This document shows, in pieces, positions 62,266-64,000 of a DNA stretch of 64,000 nucleotides. Under the pieces are notes generated by a model, which saw only the letters and a list, made by a program, of their open reading frames with translations, did no database searches and was not told the origin of the DNA. Positions within the stretch are counted from its first letter, which is position 1. Every line of letters starts with the position of its first letter. The position numbers were made by a program, and so were the translations under genes. Source of the DNA: a phage; sequence record PZ809289.1. One strand, given 5' to 3'.

Positions 62266-63234
62266 ATGTACAATATTAAGTGTTTGACCTCCGCTGAGCA
62301 AGTTGAAATCGTTAAGTTATATATTTCTGGTAATTATACTCAGAATGAGTTGGCTGACTGGTACAGTGTATCAGTTGATACAATCCGTAAAGTCCTGAAA
62401 AATGCTAAAGGAGCTGGACAGGCCCAGGTAGTTATTACCGGAAATATCAAAGTAACAGTTCCTAACGAGCCTCGTGAAGTTCCCGTTGAAGTTACTATTG
62501 GCGGCTCTCGCCCTGAAATTATCTGGAACGCGAGTTCTAAATTCGTATCCATCACTGAAGGTCGTACAGTATGGAACACCACTAATAAGAACAAACATTT
62601 TGATGCCATCGTACAGGCTCTTAAAGAATCTCGTTTCGATGACGCGATTAAACTGATTTCCATTAAAGAAGCCGTTAAGGCCTTTGTTAAAGGCAACGTT
62701 CGTATTGAAGGTGGACGTCTGGTTTACCAAGGCATTGAATTGCGTTCAGGGTTGATTGACCGTATTATCACTTCAATGGAAAACGGTGAAGACTTCGAAT
62801 TCTACCTGCCGTTCCTTGAGAACCTGTTAGAAAACCCAAGCGAAAAAGCTGTACAACGTTTGTTCGACTTCTTGGTGGCAAACGACATCAAAATTACTGA
62901 AGATGGTCACTTTATTACGTGGAAGGTGGTTAACTCCGATTACACCGACTGCCGTACCGGTACGTTTGATAACTCGCCAGGCAAACCGGTTAAAATGCCT
63001 CGTTCTCGTGTAAATGACGATGATGAAGTAACCTGTTCAAGTGGTCTGCACGTTTGCTCTCGTAGTTATATCGGTCATTTTGGTAACTCAAGCTGTAAAG
63101 TGGTTTCATGTAAAGTTAACCCACGTGATGTTGTTAGTATTCCGGTCGATTACGGTGATGCTAAAATGCGTGTATGTTATTATGAAGTTCTAGAAGACGT
63201 CACCGAACAGTTCGCAAACGAATACAAATACTAA
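62266..63234 (+). CDS. rIIB: rIIB protein
   Basis: 322 aa immediately downstream of rIIA; N-terminus MYNIKCLTSAEQVEIVKLYISGNYTQNELADWYSVSVDTIRKVL resembles T4 rIIB. Confidence 0.85.
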   Translation: MYNIKCLTSAEQVEIVKLYISGNYTQNELADWYSVSVDTIRKVLKNAKGAGQAQVVITGNIKVTVPNEPREVPVEVTIGGSRPEIIWNASSKFVSITEGRTVWNTTNKNKHFDAIVQALKESRFDDAIKLISIKEAVKAFVKGNVRIEGGRLVYQGIELRSGLIDRIITSMENGEDFEFYLPFLENLLENPSEKAVQRLFDFLVANDIKITEDGHFITWKVVNSDYTDCRTGTFDNSPGKPVKMPRSRVNDDDEVTCSSGLHVCSRSYIGHFGNSSCKVVSCKVNPRDVVSIPVDYGDAKMRVCYYEVLEDVTEQFANEYKY

Positions 63235-63240
63235 ATCAAT

Positions 63241-63262
63241 AACGGAGGCTTCGGCCTCCTAA
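63241..63262 (+). terminator. Hairpin GGAGGC-UUCG-GCCUCC after rIIB (possible weak terminator, no U-tract)
   Basis: Perfect 6-bp stem with UUCG loop; lacks T-run. Confidence 0.4.
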
Positions 63263-63271
63263 TGAGGAATT

Positions 63272-63469
63272 ATGTTAGGTTACCAAGCACGTGTAGTTGA
63301 AGAATACGACCAGTTGGTTCTTAAAATTAACGCACTAGAAACCTTTATTGAAGGTGGTGTTTTTGAAACTCTTGATATCCGTCAACAAGGGTTACTGATT
63401 GCACAACTGGATGCGATGGGCGCTTATGCTCATTGTTTAGAGGTTCGTATTTCTTATTTCGGTGAGTAA
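63272..63469 (+). CDS. Hypothetical protein (65 aa)
   Basis: RBS GAGGAA. Confidence 0.5.
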   Translation: MLGYQARVVEEYDQLVLKINALETFIEGGVFETLDIRQQGLLIAQLDAMGAYAHCLEVRISYFGE

Positions 63470-63470
63470 A

Positions 63471-63788
63471 ATGATTAATTATATGAATGTTGGCGACGAA
63501 GATATCAAAAATTCATATCTCCAAGGTAACCATGTGGTAGATAAGGTTTATTGTGTAGATGTAATCAAATCCGATAAAGCCACGGGCCATCTTTTCGCCG
63601 CAGACGTGATTTTTGATTCAATTGAAAACCTTAAAAAATTAGACCACAGTAAATTGAGTGAAAACTCTCGTATCTATTTTGGTAATGTTCACGTCGAAGA
63701 ATTGTATATTGGTGGTGATTATGAACCCGTCAAATCCGGGACTAGTTCGACTGTCGAAGATGCCGACATTTACCCTGAAGACATCTGA
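63471..63788 (+). CDS. Hypothetical protein (105 aa; track uses GTG 63462)
   Basis: RBS GGTGAG before ATG 63471. Confidence 0.5.
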   Translation: MINYMNVGDEDIKNSYLQGNHVVDKVYCVDVIKSDKATGHLFAADVIFDSIENLKKLDHSKLSENSRIYFGNVHVEELYIGGDYEPVKSGTSSTVEDADIYPEDI

Positions 63789-63801
63789 TTTAACAGGTGA
63801 A

Positions 63802-64000
63802 ATGAAGGTCAAGATTAAGGACACCGTATTGTATTCCTTAAGCCAAGACCCGTCCCAAGATAAGAAAGAAGTATTGACTCGGTGTGTCATTGCAACGTAT
63901 GCCGAGTATATGGTGGCTGATTGGTTGAAAGGATACGTTAACAGTGGTCTGGAAGACCATGATGACCCTTATACCTATGCCTGGGATGTTTTAGCGCATC
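63802..64000 (+). CDS. Hypothetical protein, 3'-truncated by window edge
   Basis: RBS AGGTGA then ATG 63802; frame open to end of window. Confidence 0.45.
   Translation, partial: MKVKIKDTVLYSLSQDPSQDKKEVLTRCVIATYAEYMVADWLKGYVNSGLEDHDDPYTYAWDVLAH

Overview
This 64-kb window reads as one almost entirely +-strand early/middle gene block of a T4-like myovirus (Tevenvirinae). It is syntenic with T4 map ~66 kb -> 0 kb, in the order e (C-terminus), internal-protein genes, denV, regB, tk, nrdC, 49, 55, 47, 46, 45, 44, 62, regA, 43, imm, uvsX, 40, 41, 61, 56, soc, modB/modA, dda, dexA, 39 (fused large topoisomerase subunit), rIIA, rIIB. All gene identities are from reading the translations against remembered T4 proteins; no database search was run. 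The most interesting locus is a five-gene coupled operon (35624-39774) in the slot where T4 has 42 and beta-gt: a nucleotidyltransferase-kinase fusion, a HAD phosphatase, a P-loop kinase, a dCMP-hydroxymethylase-like enzyme and an unassigned 297-aa protein. No alpha-gt or beta-gt homolog is recognisable, so a non-glucose modification of hydroxymethyl-cytosine DNA is inferred. More than 20 copies of a promoter/stem-loop cassette (GTTTAC, 17-18 bp, TACTAT/TATAAT, then a CCTATCAAC box, with a hairpin that buries the downstream Shine-Dalgarno) punctuate the accessory regions; they resemble the PeSL elements described in RB49-group phages. Other accessory content: five internal-protein genes with the MKTYxEFI(A/T)E capsid-targeting sequence, four GIY-YIG and one HNH-like homing endonuclease genes, a macro-domain protein, a secreted lytic-transglycosylase-like protein, several small lipoproteins and membrane peptides, a tandem ModA/ModB ADP-ribosyltransferase pair, and one convergent minus-strand small gene. 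No tRNA, rRNA or CRISPR array was found.
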